Source of the DNA: Octopus bimaculoides
Taxonomy: Eukaryota
DNA: 64,000 bases
Direction of reading: 5' to 3'
NCBI RefSeq assembly: GCF_001194135.2
Contig: NC_068993.1
Location: forward strand, 62,258,849-62,322,848
The notes beneath the pieces were generated by a model that searched no databases, had not been told where the DNA came from, and saw only the letters and a program-made list of their open reading frames with translations. Positions 1 through 14,134 of this stretch are shown here, piece after piece. Position numbers and translations under genes: made by a program. Every line of letters starts with the position of its first letter. The first letter of the stretch is position 1.

Positions 1-1863
1 CTTGCTTCCCTCCGTTGATTACCTTTTCTAGTGTTTATGACACGTATATTTATTGCCTCTTGTCGTAGAGCCATAACCAAATACATATCTCAATGTGAAA
101 CACATTCAACAATGTCGATGTACATAATTGTCAAACGGACGGCGACGGTCTCTCCGAATTACATTATTTACAAGCGGGAATTCGTTTTGCCATTAATATA
201 TTATTTTATTGTTGAAGTCATTTGTTCGGCTGTCAAGAAAAACGGTTTACGATAAAGGTGAAGATTATGGTTATTACACTTTGGAGAATTATGATAATAT
301 TAATGGTAACGTTATTGTGTATGGGAGTTGAGTTGCTTTCTTTGTTAATAACTTTATTACCTGTAGTAGGCTGTGTTGATGGTGGCTGTAGAAGAGTTAA
401 TAGTCAACATGATGCTCATGTTGATATTGGCAGTGACGATGGTGAGATTATTGGCACGAGTTTGTAGACAGAATTCATTGCGTTGACAAGGGAGAATCTC
501 TATTAGTTCTGATAGTAAAACCAGTAGAGTAACGAATGAAAAGGTAGGCGTTAATAACGTTCTGCGTTCATAACTCAACGAAATGAAATTTACTTTTTGT
601 ATTTATTGCGATAGATATCATAAGTACCAGTTAATTGCTGAGGTCGTTTAATTGATTACATCCATCCTACAAAATGTGATTGAATATTTTTCTTCTACAT
701 CAAGTCTTTTTAAACCATCAAGTTTGATACCCTGTATAAAACTTTTACCGTTCCTTTTCTTACAACTACCTTCATTTCCATTTGATGGCTTCTTTCCAGA
801 TATCTTGATTTGCCGGTAAATCCAACGCATTGGCGATCAACAATTGATCACCATGAATATGTACAAAAAAAAAAAATTTTTTAATGCAGCACCTGGAAAG
901 AACTGCTTTGTGAGCGCCAAATTTTTGTCTTATTTCTATGAATGTAAGAATAAAAACAAGAAGAGAAAAAGTGAAGGAGTGAGATGGGAGGAAGTACTGT
1001 TTGATTAGGTTTAGTTTCAGGGTTACCAGATTCCATGGTGCTTTGCCCTAACCCCGCTGACTTAAGCCAGGAAAACTCACACTCTACTGCTCACATCTTT
1101 AGCAACAGACATTTGTATCATGTTGAAACTATTATTGTTGATTATGTAAATGCTGGAGGGAATGTAGTAGTGATGGTGAGGTATTGTTGGTGGTGGCGGT
1201 GATCAGATTATTCTTGTTAATTGTATTGTTGTTGCTGTTTAGTTCCAAGTCAATCTCCGTTGACACAAACATCAAACGCACACTTCATTTAACATTTAAA
1301 ATACAGTGAAGCACCAAATTAATTATCTCATATAATTGCTTCTTTTTTGTTTCAGATGGACTTGCTTATCTTATTCACAAAATTGTTGATGTTGTAGTTG
1401 GTTATTAAAAGTTGCTGGGTTAGTAATGATGACGTTTGATTTGGTTTTCGTGTTCATGCTGGTTGTGTTGGCATTAACGATAATGGTGATAGTAAAAGTT
1501 AATTTATATATATATGGGGCGATATTTATCCCAAAACCCAAAGGCTAATCACAACACCAGTGCCTAATTAGAAACTGCGCTTCTATTTATATGGCGAGCT
1601 GGATGTCGCTGCTATCTCCAACGGCCGAGCATCTATCATTAACAAAGCCAGCGAAGGCCGAAATAACGTGATCTGGTAGTCTTGACGCTGGTGATGGCAG
1701 AGATTGGTCCCCCGCTAGCCATATAAACATGAGTGCTTGTATGCACAGCAAGTCCATTTCAGATATTCTCTCATGCTAAGAAACGCAGTATTTTGTGTTC
1801 CAACACAACATCCACTTTTGAGTGGGGATAAACATTACCTTTTGGTATTAATACTGTCTCTGT

Positions 1864-1864
<1 letters not shown>

Positions 1865-1920
<56 letters not shown>
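1865..1920 (+). repeat. (ACT)n microsatellite
   Basis: Directly visible. Confidence 0.95.
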
Positions 1921-1941
1921 GTAAATATCGCAAAGCATTTT

Positions 1942-2064
1942 CCCCGAAAAGATGAAAGGCAACGTTGACTACGGCGGAATTTGAACACAGAAAGTAAAGA
2001 GCCGGAAGAAATGCTGATAAACGTTCTATTCGGCATACTAACGATTCCGCCAGCTCGCTGCCTT
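1942..2064 (-). mobile_element. SINE family B, 5' part, tandem with the 2083 copy
   Basis: gatgaaaggc...ggcggaatttgaacacag...acgattccgccagctcgctgcc. Confidence 0.75.
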
Positions 2065-2082
2065 ATTCATAAATATAATAAT

Positions 2083-2295
2083 GGTTTCAAATTTGGCCAC
2101 AGGGCCTGAAATTTGTGGGGAGGGGATATGTCTATTATATCGACCCCAATGTTCAACTGGTACTTATTTTATTGACCACGAAAGTATGAAAGACAAAGTC
2201 GACCTCGGTGGAATTTGAACTCAGAACGGAGCGATGGGCGAAATACCGCTAAGCATTTCGTCCGGCGTGTTAACGGTTCTACCAGCTCGCCGTCT
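2083..2295 (-). mobile_element. SINE family B, full length (ggtttcaaattt-type 3' end)
   Basis: Shares gtcgacctcgg-ggaatttgaactcagaacg and ccagctcgcc with the 22723 copy. Confidence 0.85.
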
Positions 2296-2332
2296 AATTG
2301 ATAAATATAATATAAAGAATAACCGGAACTAC

Positions 2333-2376
2333 AGCAACAACAACAACAACAACAACAAGAATGATAACATAAACAG

Positions 2377-2424
<48 letters not shown>

Positions 2425-2504
2425 GAAGAAGAAGAAGAAGAAGAAAAAGAAGAAGAATAAGAAGAATAAGAAGAAGGAGGAGGAGGAGGAGGAGGAGGAG
2501 GAGG
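2333..2504 (+). repeat. Compound trinucleotide microsatellite (CAA)n-(AAT)n-(AAG)n-(GAG)n
   Basis: Directly visible; it is the source of the poly-N/K/E ORFs in the track. Confidence 0.95.
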
Positions 2505-3322
2505 ATATTCCATGGAGATTCACTATCATCAATTCAGTACAACATGGCTGTTGCATCTTTAAGTATAGATTTAAATTTTACAGAAAGTAACGATAACCCT
2601 CGTGGGATTAATATCTGCCACTTGAAACTAGAAGATTACGATAAATCTCCTCCACAGATAATTTCCATCATGGCTGAATAAATCTGATTTTGACAAACAA
2701 CAGTGTTATAAGCGGTCAAAAGCTATTAACTGGAAGTGGGAGCAGAGTTACTGTTCCAAACCAAAGCTATCGGTCACTGATGGCTGGATGCGCCAGTTTG
2801 CTTTCTTCAGAATACATCCGGACCCACGAGAGTAAAATCTATCTGATTGCAGGGAAAAAAATATGGAAATAATTTAAAGAAAAAAATATACAAAGAAATA
2901 CTCCGCCAAAAAGGATATAAAATAAAATAAAATAAATACAAATACAGTACAACAACAGCCATAGAGAATGGAAATCATGTAATTCTCTGAGATAAACAAA
3001 TACATATAGATAAGAAGAGAGAAGCAAACCTCCTCGATGTTATTATATACGATAAGATATTCAGAACTCGTAAAATTATTGATGTAACAGAAATGTAGAA
3101 ATCAGCAAAGAAGGATTGAAAAACTCTCCGAAGAAAAAAAGACAAAAAAAAACTCAGAGATAAATATATTTCGGTTGCAGAATATGGCCAGATAAATAAT
3201 CTCTGATGGGAGGCTTCAACATGAGGATTCGATTATTGGGTTGTTTCAAATCCTCTGACCAGCACTTTCGATCAGTCCATGGGGATTTGCGGAGGTGATG
3301 GTCACGGTTGCGGTCATTGCTG

Positions 3323-3657
3323 CAGTCACTATGGCAGCCATGCTGGAGCACCACCTTGAAGGGCCTTAGTCGAACAAAACACCCTTACTTCTTGTGTTTG
3401 CTTTTCAAACCTGGTAGTTATTCTATAAGTCTCGGCGAACTACTATGCTACGAGGATGTAAAGAAACTAATACCGGTTGCCAAGCGGTAAGGTTGACAAA
3501 CACAGATACAAAGACATACACGTACACATGCACACGCGCGCGCGCGTGCACACCCACCCATGAATACGTACACACACACACACACGCATATGTATGTATG
3601 TATGTATGTATGTANNNNNNNNNNTATATATATACACGACGGGCTTCCACACAGTTT
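3323..3657 (-). mobile_element. SINE family A, 5'-truncated diverged copy
   Basis: Reverse complement of the 3' modules (gccatgctggagcaccacc) through cgacgggcttc, with a CA/TA core. Confidence 0.7.
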
Positions 3658-6176
3658 TTATTTTTTTATTTTCTTTGAAAGATTTTCTTCCTTTTAATAT
3701 TTTGACGTTTAGTTCAAGCAAAGAACAATAAAACGAAGAAAAAGGAAACCAAAGCATACACTGATGGCACTTCCGGAACACGTTTAGCTTCGGCGATAAA
3801 CCACACTACAACAACAATAACGAGAACAACAACAACAATAATAATGATGATAATTGAAATTTTATCTGTTTATGTTTCTCCGGTGTACAATGTAAATTTT
3901 ATTGCTCTTATTTTTGATGAATAAAAAAAAATCCAGAGGGAAATCTACAACAGCATTATTTATCGGAAAATTTAATAGAAATCAACCAAATTTAATTTTA
4001 ATTATATCGTTATAACTGCTAACTTCTGTCATTCAAAACACTATTCTCGGCAAGTGTTTTGATGAAATTGTTTTTTGTGACTTTCTCTGATTTAACCTAC
4101 AGCTCTTTATTCCACAAGAATCTCTTCAAGCAGGTAACGTCAGTGGCAGAAGTAGTTGATGTGGTGACGATAGTGGCAGCCAAATATATATTTAGATAGT
4201 TTGTTATATAAACAAGAATTGGTCCACAAAGATCCTCAGTTTAATATAATGTTGCGCGTGCAGAAAAGCTAAATAGGTCGTGGCTGTTCCGTCGAGCGTG
4301 TGGATACAAAGACCAGTGAGAAAAAGAAAAAGAAATGACATTTTATTTTATTGACTAATGTTACGTTAATCTTTTCATCAACAACGCAATTCTTGACATA
4401 TTTCAGTTTTATTAGATCCCCTGCCCCCGATAAGTATAGAATTTATTTTGCATAACCAAATAGTTAACACAACTTAAGTATTGTTTTTCATTCGAATGTC
4501 GTTTATATATTATTAATTTAAGTTACTTATTCTAAAATATGGCGAACCTACAGCACAAGAATTTTCAATTTCATTGAAGCACAGATTACATATCAAAAGA
4601 AATTATTGTCTACATCTTGATATAAGATTCATTGACGGTCAGTCAGAGTGACTTCTTTTATTACATAAATAAATCTTATGGAACACACTAGGGCTAAGGC
4701 TTCCCATTATGGTAGGTTTCAAATCCTATTGGGGGCAACTTATTCTATTGACCCTTTCTGGGTCAGTAGAATATGTGCCAGTCAAATAGTGGTAGCGATT
4801 TAATCGACTGTATGACCTTGTGTCTATGTTACAAAGCATTCGTACACACTACGAAAATTAGCAACATAGCATTCGTCTGTTATGATAATATCATTGAAGG
4901 GATAAAGTGTTACGATAGAAAAGGCTGAGTTAGTCGAGATTTGTGATGATGTTGTTGTTAATGTTTCAATGACCAATTCAGTTTTACGTATACTTCCCGC
5001 GCTTGCAATCGATAATTTCAAAGGAGATGGGTTCATCTAGCCCCAATTAAGAACGGAAACAAATAAATGGGTGCCAACCAATCAGACTGTGTCGACGAGG
5101 TTACTCGAACTACTAGAGATAGCAACCAAATTATTTCCTTTAAATTATACACTAACATAAAAACGATAACAACAACAAAATAATACATACCGACATACAT
5201 ACACTCCTAAAACAACGAGGCGCATCAAAATAACGACGGACACACGCATTAAACTAATTGCTCATACAGACATATATATACAAAGAAATTCAGACAAAAG
5301 AGAAGAGAAAAACAAAGCAAGGAAGATGGGTTTATAGAAAATAGACGTATCAGGCAGACATAAATAAACGCAAATGTCATTATTTTCTAAATGACTGCTT
5401 GTTTCAAGAAATACTATTAATATATTTACATAAAAAAACAAATATATGTATATTAATCATGAATCTGTATTATATTTAATGCAACAGAAGTGTGTGCTTA
5501 ATTGAAAACGGTGAGTTACTTCTACGTTTCATGATTTATTTTGCTAAATCTCAACAAGAATATCTCATTAGGAATTAACAGAAAGCAGGCGCATGAAGAT
5601 ATATACAAACAAAACTCACATGCATATAAAATATATAACTTACATATATACATACATATCTACATAGGCGCATATATGAGGAGGATTAAGAACAAAAATA
5701 AGAACAGACAGATTTTCGCCTTCATTATATTAGATGCCTGGCCTGGTCGTTGAAAAAAGTTTTACTTCAAGATGGATGCACAGTCACAAATATTCGCAAG
5801 CGCATGCGTGCAAAGGACGTTGATGCAGGAGACAGGTGACACTATTCGGCTGCGTATAAACTTAATAAATAAACATAAGACGTACTACATTCCTAATGAG
5901 CAATGCTAATTAAACATAGGTGGGTGACGAAGTAGTTAACAAGGAGCCAGGTTTGATCTTCTTCCTCCAAGCTTGGATCAACCGGGAATTGGTCAGGTTT
6001 AAAAGGTGTGGAAACCCGCCAGATTGAATGTTCTTCTAATTCAAACGTCCAGCCCTATGGCAACCAGGTTCGCGCTGGGATTAAGCTAAGAGAAAAGCTG
6101 TTTATCGATTGACAGTTACATAGTTACATAGACCTTATTGTTGATGTGGGCACTCCAATACATGCATGCATATATA

Positions 6177-7146
6177 NNNNNNNNNNNNNNNNNNNNNNNN
6201 NNNNNNNNNNNNNNNNNNNNNNNNNNNNNNNNNNNNNNNNNNNNNNNNNNNNNNNNNNNNNNNNNNNNNNNNNNNNNNNNNNNNNNNNNNNNNNNNNNNN
6301 NNNNNNNNNNNNNNNNNNNNNNNNNNNNNNNNNNNNNNNNNNNNNNNNNNNNNNNNNNNNNNNNNNNNNNNNNNNNNNNNNNNNNNNNNNNNNNNNNNNN
6401 NNNNNNNNNNNNNNNNNNNNNNNNNNNNNNNNNNNNNNNNNNNNNNNNNNNNNNNNNNNNNNNNNNNNNNNNNNNNNNNNNNNNNNNNNNNNNNNNNNNN
6501 NNNNNNNNNNNNNNNNNNNNNNNNNNNNNNNNNNNNNNNNNNNNNNNNNNNNNNNNNNNNNNNNNNNNNNNNNNNNNNNNNNNNNNNNNNNNNNNNNNNN
6601 NNNNNNNNNNNNNNNNNNNNNNNNNNNNNNNNNNNNNNNNNNNNNNNNNNNNNNNNNNNNNNNNNNNNNNNNNNNNNNNNNNNNNNNNNNNNNNNNNNNN
6701 NNNNNNNNNNNNNNNNNNNNNNNNNNNNNNNNNNNNNNNNNNNNNNNNNNNNNNNNNNNNNNNNNNNNNNNNNNNNNNNNNNNNNNNNNNNNNNNNNNNN
6801 NNNNNNNNNNNNNNNNNNNNNNNNNNNNNNNNNNNNNNNNNNNNNNNNNNNNNNNNNNNNNNNNNNNNNNNNNNNNNNNNNNNNNNNNNNNNNNNNNNNN
6901 NNNNNNNNNNNNNNNNNNNNNNNNNNNNNNNNNNNNNNNNNNNNNNNNNNNNNNNNNNNNNNNNNNNNNNNNNNNNNNNNNNNNNNNNNNNNNNNNNNNN
7001 NNNNNNNNNNNNNNNNNNNNNNNNNNNNNNNNNNNNNNNNNNNNNNNNNNNNNNNNNNNNNNNNNNNNNNNNNNNNNNNNNNNNNNNNNNNNNNNNNNNN
7101 NNNNNNNNNNNNNNNNNNNNNNNNNNNNNNNNNNNNNNNNNNNNNN
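6177..7146. other. Assembly gap (largest); other large gaps at about 9200-10043, 13262-13536, 21260-22034, 47437-47741, 48539-49179, 52059-52581, 57180-57761 and 58474-58801
   Basis: N-runs, nearly all flanked by (TA)n or (CA)n; all X-rich ORFs in the track are artefacts of these. Confidence 0.99.
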
Positions 7147-7202
<56 letters not shown>

Positions 7203-7946
7203 TTATATTCACCCACAACACCGCACACACACACACTTACAAAAACAATGCGTGTGAAGTGGAGCGACTGCGTCCAAAATCGTGTTTGTGTGTTCGCTTT
7301 TGCTAAACATTTTCAGCATAATTAAATGTGTTCTTATTTTCTAACGGGTTGTGAATATATCGGTGTTGTTGAATAACATGCATTTCATATATCACCCACA
7401 TTCACTTGAGTGATCTGTTCAAAAGAAATGAGTGACTGAATATCAAATTGGTTAACAAGCATTCGTCAAGCAATCAAGCATCAATAAAAAAGAAATTATT
7501 CTTAATATACTAACTTAATATACACTTCTTCGATATATAGGCACAGACACGCATAGACATAGGCAAACATAGAAAAGCACATTAACCGAGTTTGGTGGTG
7601 TTGCAAAAAATAGCAAAGCAAAACAAAACAAAAAGAAATGAAGTCATTAATTTTGTATCCATGGAGTGAATGCGCGCAAACGATGATAAAATTGCTATGA
7701 AACTTCTATGAGTTACTAAGTTCTACTGGAAATGTATCCCTTGAGGAATTGAGATATGAACCGCGGTGACACATCGCTTGAAATTTATTTGGAATCTATT
7801 ATGATATATGCCTAAAAGCATGGCACACATACTTTTGCATAGAGTTGTGTTTTTTTTTATACTTGTTTCGGTCATTGGACGGCGGTCATCCTTATTCAGT
7901 CGGTCTCTTTTGCCCGAACTGTCAACCAGCGTCAATATGAGATATT

Positions 7947-8090
7947 AGTTCAAATTCCGCCGAGGTCAACTTTGCGTTTCATCCTTTTGGGGTCGATAAA
8001 TTAAGTACCAGTTGCGTTCTGGGGTCGATTTAATCCACAGGTCCCCTCCCCCAAAATTTCGGTACTTGTACCTAGAGTAGAAAAGTATTA
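7947..8090 (+). mobile_element. SINE family B, 5'-truncated
   Basis: agttcaaattccgccgaggtcaactttgc...ggggtcgataaattaagtaccag...cctagagtagaaaag. Confidence 0.85.
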
Positions 8091-8189
8091 GAGATATTCT
8101 CTCTCCCTCTCTCCCTCTCTCTCCATCCATCCATCAATCTATCCTTCTGTCAATCCGGCCATCGGGCCATCGGGCCATCCGGTCATCCT

Positions 8190-8238
<49 letters not shown>

Positions 8239-8388
8239 ACACATATATGTGTGTATTCATACACACACATACACACATACGTATGTATATATGTGCTTGT
8301 ATACACACACACGTATTTATATGCTCTAAGTGATTGAGTAGGACAAATTGCCCTTCTATCCAATCACTATGGATAGATAACGATCTAT

Positions 8389-8429
<41 letters not shown>

Positions 8430-8446
8430 TAATTTTATGTGTATGT

Positions 8447-8486
<40 letters not shown>

Positions 8487-9166
8487 AAAAGCAGGGGCTA
8501 TGTCGACAAATAAAGAAAAGAAGCTTTGGAATTGGAAAAAATAAGAAAGAAATGTGTAGAGAAGGATTTTCCTCTAATCGATATCTTGTGAAAGAGAAAG
8601 GATTCCATCTGCTTCAAAGTAAATAGATTCCCATCACTATTTATGTTTCGGATGAATATGAGACAGATATCCGATGCTCAAAATATGATTGGTTTACTCG
8701 TGTAAGCACACACAGGCGCGCGCGCGTGCCAAGGGCAAACACACATAAGTATAGATATAAAAATAGATAGATGGATGAATTGACAAACGCAGTATATATG
8801 TATGTACCAATTGCCAGGAATGTGTTTAAAATATAAACTTGATCTATACAATAGTGTTATATTGCTAAATGTAGTGGCTATTTAAGCAACGTATTCATGG
8901 ATAGCCAATAGGCTGGGTGTGGTACTGAAGAAGAAGAAATAACTTCGGAAATATGCATATACACCCATTGCCCATTTTTCTTTCTTTGATCATACTGTTT
9001 AATAGACGTATTCGTATATGAAACGTCCTAACTTTCAATGCTGGCTCTAATTTCCAAAAAGGTGATTGACTCGCACTGCTAACCCAGGTATGACACAGTA
9101 TTGATTCATGATCCTTTAACATACTTGTGTATTATGGTTGTACAAAGAAATACGGTCTTCTACCAG

Positions 9167-9199
<33 letters not shown>

Positions 9200-10043
9200 N
9201 NNNNNNNNNNNNNNNNNNNNNNNNNNNNNNNNNNNNNNNNNNNNNNNNNNNNNNNNNNNNNNNNNNNNNNNNNNNNNNNNNNNNNNNNNNNNNNNNNNNN
9301 NNNNNNNNNNNNNNNNNNNNNNNNNNNNNNNNNNNNNNNNNNNNNNNNNNNNNNNNNNNNNNNNNNNNNNNNNNNNNNNNNNNNNNNNNNNNNNNNNNNN
9401 NNNNNNNNNNNNNNNNNNNNNNNNNNNNNNNNNNNNNNNNNNNNNNNNNNNNNNNNNNNNNNNNNNNNNNNNNNNNNNNNNNNNNNNNNNNNNNNNNNNN
9501 NNNNNNNNNNNNNNNNNNNNNNNNNNNNNNNNNNNNNNNNNNNNNNNNNNNNNNNNNNNNNNNNNNNNNNNNNNNNNNNNNNNNNNNNNNNNNNNNNNNN
9601 NNNNNNNNNNNNNNNNNNNNNNNNNNNNNNNNNNNNNNNNNNNNNNNNNNNNNNNNNNNNNNNNNNNNNNNNNNNNNNNNNNNNNNNNNNNNNNNNNNNN
9701 NNNNNNNNNNNNNNNNNNNNNNNNNNNNNNNNNNNNNNNNNNNNNNNNNNNNNNNNNNNNNNNNNNNNNNNNNNNNNNNNNNNNNNNNNNNNNNNNNNNN
9801 NNNNNNNNNNNNNNNNNNNNNNNNNNNNNNNNNNNNNNNNNNNNNNNNNNNNNNNNNNNNNNNNNNNNNNNNNNNNNNNNNNNNNNNNNNNNNNNNNNNN
9901 NNNNNNNNNNNNNNNNNNNNNNNNNNNNNNNNNNNNNNNNNNNNNNNNNNNNNNNNNNNNNNNNNNNNNNNNNNNNNNNNNNNNNNNNNNNNNNNNNNNN
10001 NNNNNNNNNNNNNNNNNNNNNNNNNNNNNNNNNNNNNNNNNNN

Positions 10044-10075
<32 letters not shown>

Positions 10076-11619
10076 ATGTATGTATGTATGTATGTATATG
10101 TATGTTCCAAGACTTGGGCCATAATTTTGCATGTAGTTTGATGAAATTTTGAGTCGGTGTAAGGAATACATCACAAGGCATATGACTTCACTAATAATTT
10201 CAGAAAATGAAATTTATGAAGAATGTCGACTTTAGAAAGAAATTGTTTCTGTCACGAGGAAAGGAAAATAGGGAGACGTGTTGCAGGTTTTGAATAATAA
10301 TATTTTATACCATCCACTGCCAATATCTCTATGAGAATATGTATATAGAAATAGGAAATTGGTTCTGTAATGACAAATATATATTTTCGATAAACGAAAA
10401 TTGATTTTACAAATTAAAAATCTAAATTGCTGAAAGCCCAAGTATATGTTATTTAAACGTAATAGATGGCAGGATAACAAAATGTTCGTTTTTACGAATA
10501 TGTTCAATTAATTTTATTCCATTTCTGCCTCTATGTCACTCATATGTACAATATCCTTTCATTGAATATGTGTATGTATAGATATATATGGCTGATTTAA
10601 TAGCGAAGAAAAACAATTACAACCAAACATATTCTATATTGGTATTCATTCCATTGCGAATTTGGGGTTTCGTTTGTTGCTAGGTTGAACGCAAAGTAGG
10701 CGGCGGATTACGTTAATTTTCAGGCATGCTTCTTTATGTTTGAGCTATGTGCGACCTGAGCATGTCAAAAACTATCAAATAAGTAAGTAAATTTACAACC
10801 TATTTACCGACAGTCAAATGTGTGTATACACAAGGAAATATATGGACAGATTTGTGCAATAAGTACACAACTGTAACTTATCATTTATTTATTAAAGATT
10901 TTTAAAGGCTTTTCAGATTATCGTACTCAAAACTTAGGAAATTGTGATTGGGTTTAGGTTTGTCCTTTTCAATTAAGGTTTAGCCGTTTAGAGAAGGGAT
11001 TTGAAAAAAGAATTATCAATTATCTTGTGGATTCTTTTTGGAACAACGAGCTTAAATTTGTTTGTTGCCACTTCAACATAGCTGTTCCAGAACGACGTTT
11101 CTACTCTTTTTTTTAACCTCAGGAGAACACCTTCTCCAGCTGGTTAACGACATAACCTGTGTTCAATATACTTTGATCAGGGAAGCGAATGCCTACCATC
11201 TAGAGAGTTGACATATAGAGATCGTATAGAAGTCTTAAATTTATAAAAGGTAAAATGGAAGAAATGAAAAATAAATACGGAGGAATTCATTGCAAAATTT
11301 TGCTAATATATATTATCAATTTACAAATCGAAATCTCATTTGGGGCTACTTTGTAACACGATCTGCTATATTCTGAAACTTTTGTGACTCTTTTTATGCA
11401 AATGTTCAGTTATCCGTGCAGCAGTTAGAAAATTTCGTGAGTTGTCCGCAAAATAGTCATGTCTGTGTTACCGCTTCGTGTTTTCTACGTTATGCATGCG
11501 AAGTATAATGAATTCTTGAGATTGTATTTGTTTTACTTACTAATAAACCCAGGTAAGGCAGGTTACTGGGTAACTGCAGCTTCAATGCACACATATATAC
11601 TAGTATTTGCATGTGTATG

Positions 11620-11653
<34 letters not shown>

Positions 11654-11769
11654 TGTATATANNNNNNNNNNNNNNNNNNNNNNNNNNNNNNNNNNNNNNN
11701 NNNNNNNNNNNNNNTATACACACATATACATACATATATACATACTTATACTTACATGAGTAATATATA

Positions 11770-11802
<33 letters not shown>

Positions 11803-12208
11803 CTGTATGTGTGTGTGCACGTATGCATGTTTATATAACTTGGTATTAATGTGTGAATAAGCGCGCTATGCTGCCAATTATTCAGAGCCCTGTACGCCTC
11901 AGTACACACCTATGCTGATATACACCTAATTCTATGACGTAGATGCACAAGCCAGAAATTGTAACATCTATTGAGCATATATAATGAATGGTGGGTTTAT
12001 TCTAGGAACATCTGTAGCGAACCAGTTTTTTTGTTTTTCGTGTTGTTTTCTCTGATGATGTTGTTCACAACAAAACAAGTGGAGGAAGATGTTTTTTAGT
12101 ACAGACCTGACTTGACACGCACACACACACCCGCACACACACACTCACACCCGCACACACACACACACACACCCGCACACACACACACATCTTGTTGACG
12201 TCATAAGA

Positions 12209-12812
12209 ATTTTGGCACTTCGAAAACGTGAAATAATTCTTTTTATAAACGGTGAATCTCGAAGCAAAATCTTGCCGAACGACCTCTCTCTTATTTAAAC
12301 GTCTCGAACATAGCCAAAAGTTTTCTTTTCCTACTGAGATCCAGCTAAAATACGAACTCTTTAATGCGTACAATATTAAAGTGAGCTACATTTGTCAAGA
12401 CACCATCTCTTCTATCATCCAAAATCCACAAATAAAAGCATATCAGTATAACCTTCTTGTAATTGTTAAAATCGATCTACTTATCCGTACGAGAGATCTT
12501 GTCACTCCTCAAAACTCATCACTGACGAATTTAATGAGCGTTACAAACAAAATGCTTATCCATTTAGCTTTATGGCAAGTGAAAGCGCCACTTAGCTCTC
12601 CCGATATATTTAGAAACTAATAGATCAAGGACATAACTGCTCTATCATAAATTAGAATGGTGTTGCCAGAGACAGTTTATATGACTACGGATTATGTAAC
12701 TGTATTATTTACGTGACTGAAAAGTTCGAGATACTGAAATATCCCATGGTATGCCGCACGAAAATGCAGAGTTACTCTCTAGCTATCGCCACAAGTAGAA
12801 GTTTCATCTGAA
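12209..12812 (+). mobile_element. Penelope-like element C-terminal remnant (linker and GIY-YIG endonuclease region)
   Basis: RKREII, LFNAYNIKVSYIC, CNC*NRSTYP, EFNERYKQN...T*LSRYI*KL, TEKFEILKYP and ELLSSYRHK*KF are colinear with PLE C-termini. The GIY and YIG motifs themselves are not visible and appear deleted. Confidence 0.78.
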
Positions 12813-14042
12813 GAGTATTCAGCAGGCTGGAAATCTTGAGCAAACGATGCAAATTCAGAAACTTCTAGAAATTATTGATTACGCTCAACGTTACGTTATC
12901 TTACGTATCGATGCCTGTGCTCTTTGTAAGCTAGCCTCCATTACAAATTTGTAGCCTGTCGAGAGTCTGCCTGCAAATGCTTTTACTCCATGATCTGCTT
13001 TGCAATAAGAACCGATCTTACTAATGACCAATAAGAAGCAGCCTCACCAGTCATATGCAGCTACATCTCCGTTTGTGAATGTTATTCAAATGTTGTTCTC
13101 GCTTTACGTGTGGTTGAAAATTGAAATAGAGGAACATGAACTTCTTACTTACTTATAACTATACTCCAGACAATGTATTGAGTGAAATTTTTTCATCTGT
13201 TCACACGTCCTTATTATAACATATGTGAATGAATATATGTAAATATATATATATATATATANNNNNNNNNNNNNNNNNNNNNNNNNNNNNNNNNNNNNNN
13301 NNNNNNNNNNNNNNNNNNNNNNNNNNNNNNNNNNNNNNNNNNNNNNNNNNNNNNNNNNNNNNNNNNNNNNNNNNNNNNNNNNNNNNNNNNNNNNNNNNNN
13401 NNNNNNNNNNNNNNNNNNNNNNNNNNNNNNNNNNNNNNNNNNNNNNNNNNNNNNNNNNNNNNNNNNNNNNNNNNNNNNNNNNNNNNNNNNNNNNNNNNNN
13501 NNNNNNNNNNNNNNNNNNNNNNNNNNNNNNNNNNNNATATATACACATATGTATATGAGATTGCACAGATAAATACTTAAAGAGAGAGAGAAATAGAGAA
13601 AGGGAGAGTTGAACAGAAACATAAATCAATCGATGGCAAGACAGAGAAGGAAAGGGATGGAAAGAGATTGATATCAATAATATCAAAGAAAAACTGTAAT
13701 TCTTTTCTGCGACGGTTTAATCGAAATTTATTCAGTTGGATCTAACCTCACAGCGAAAGACTCTGTGTGACTTAGAACTTCAGGCGACGACAGGATACGA
13801 CTCAGTTGAATAGAAGGTCATCACCATCACGTACATACGTCAATATACTCATATGCTTTCATCTTGTGATCTCTCACAAACTCTGCAACCGAGTAAATAT
13901 GTAGTGTGAGCATTGTAATCTGCTAAATGTAGGCGACGAATTAAAGCCGAGACTTACTGTAGACTGGTGTTAATGGTACAGTGCAAGGGAAAGAACTTGA
14001 AGCATATGTGATATGTATTTATTCTATTCATGCATTTATACA

Positions 14043-14134
14043 TATGTGGTAAGAAACTTGCTTCCCAAGCACATAGTTCTGGGTTCAGGCCCGCTGCGTG
14101 GTACTTTAGGCAAGTGTCTTCTACTATAGCCTCG
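14043..14134 (+). mobile_element. SINE family A, 5' fragment
   Basis: tgtggtaagaaacttgcttccc...gggttcagg...ggcaagtgtcttctactatagcctcg. Confidence 0.8.

Noticed and set aside
648-850. Possible RT fragment (GIKLDGLKRLDVEEKY on minus; FPFDGFF on plus)
   Set aside because: Only vague similarity to non-LTR or Penelope RT, with no second colinear motif.
4103-4133. 31-bp plus-strand microexon candidate (tacag|CTCTTT...CAG|gtaacg)
   Set aside because: The splice signals are plausible, but there are no partner exons or recognisable peptide; such matches are expected by chance in 64 kb.
8895-8925. Strong minus-strand acceptor ttcttcttcttcag as the next exon of the signal-peptide gene
   Set aside because: All three frames stop within 16 codons and no donor follows.
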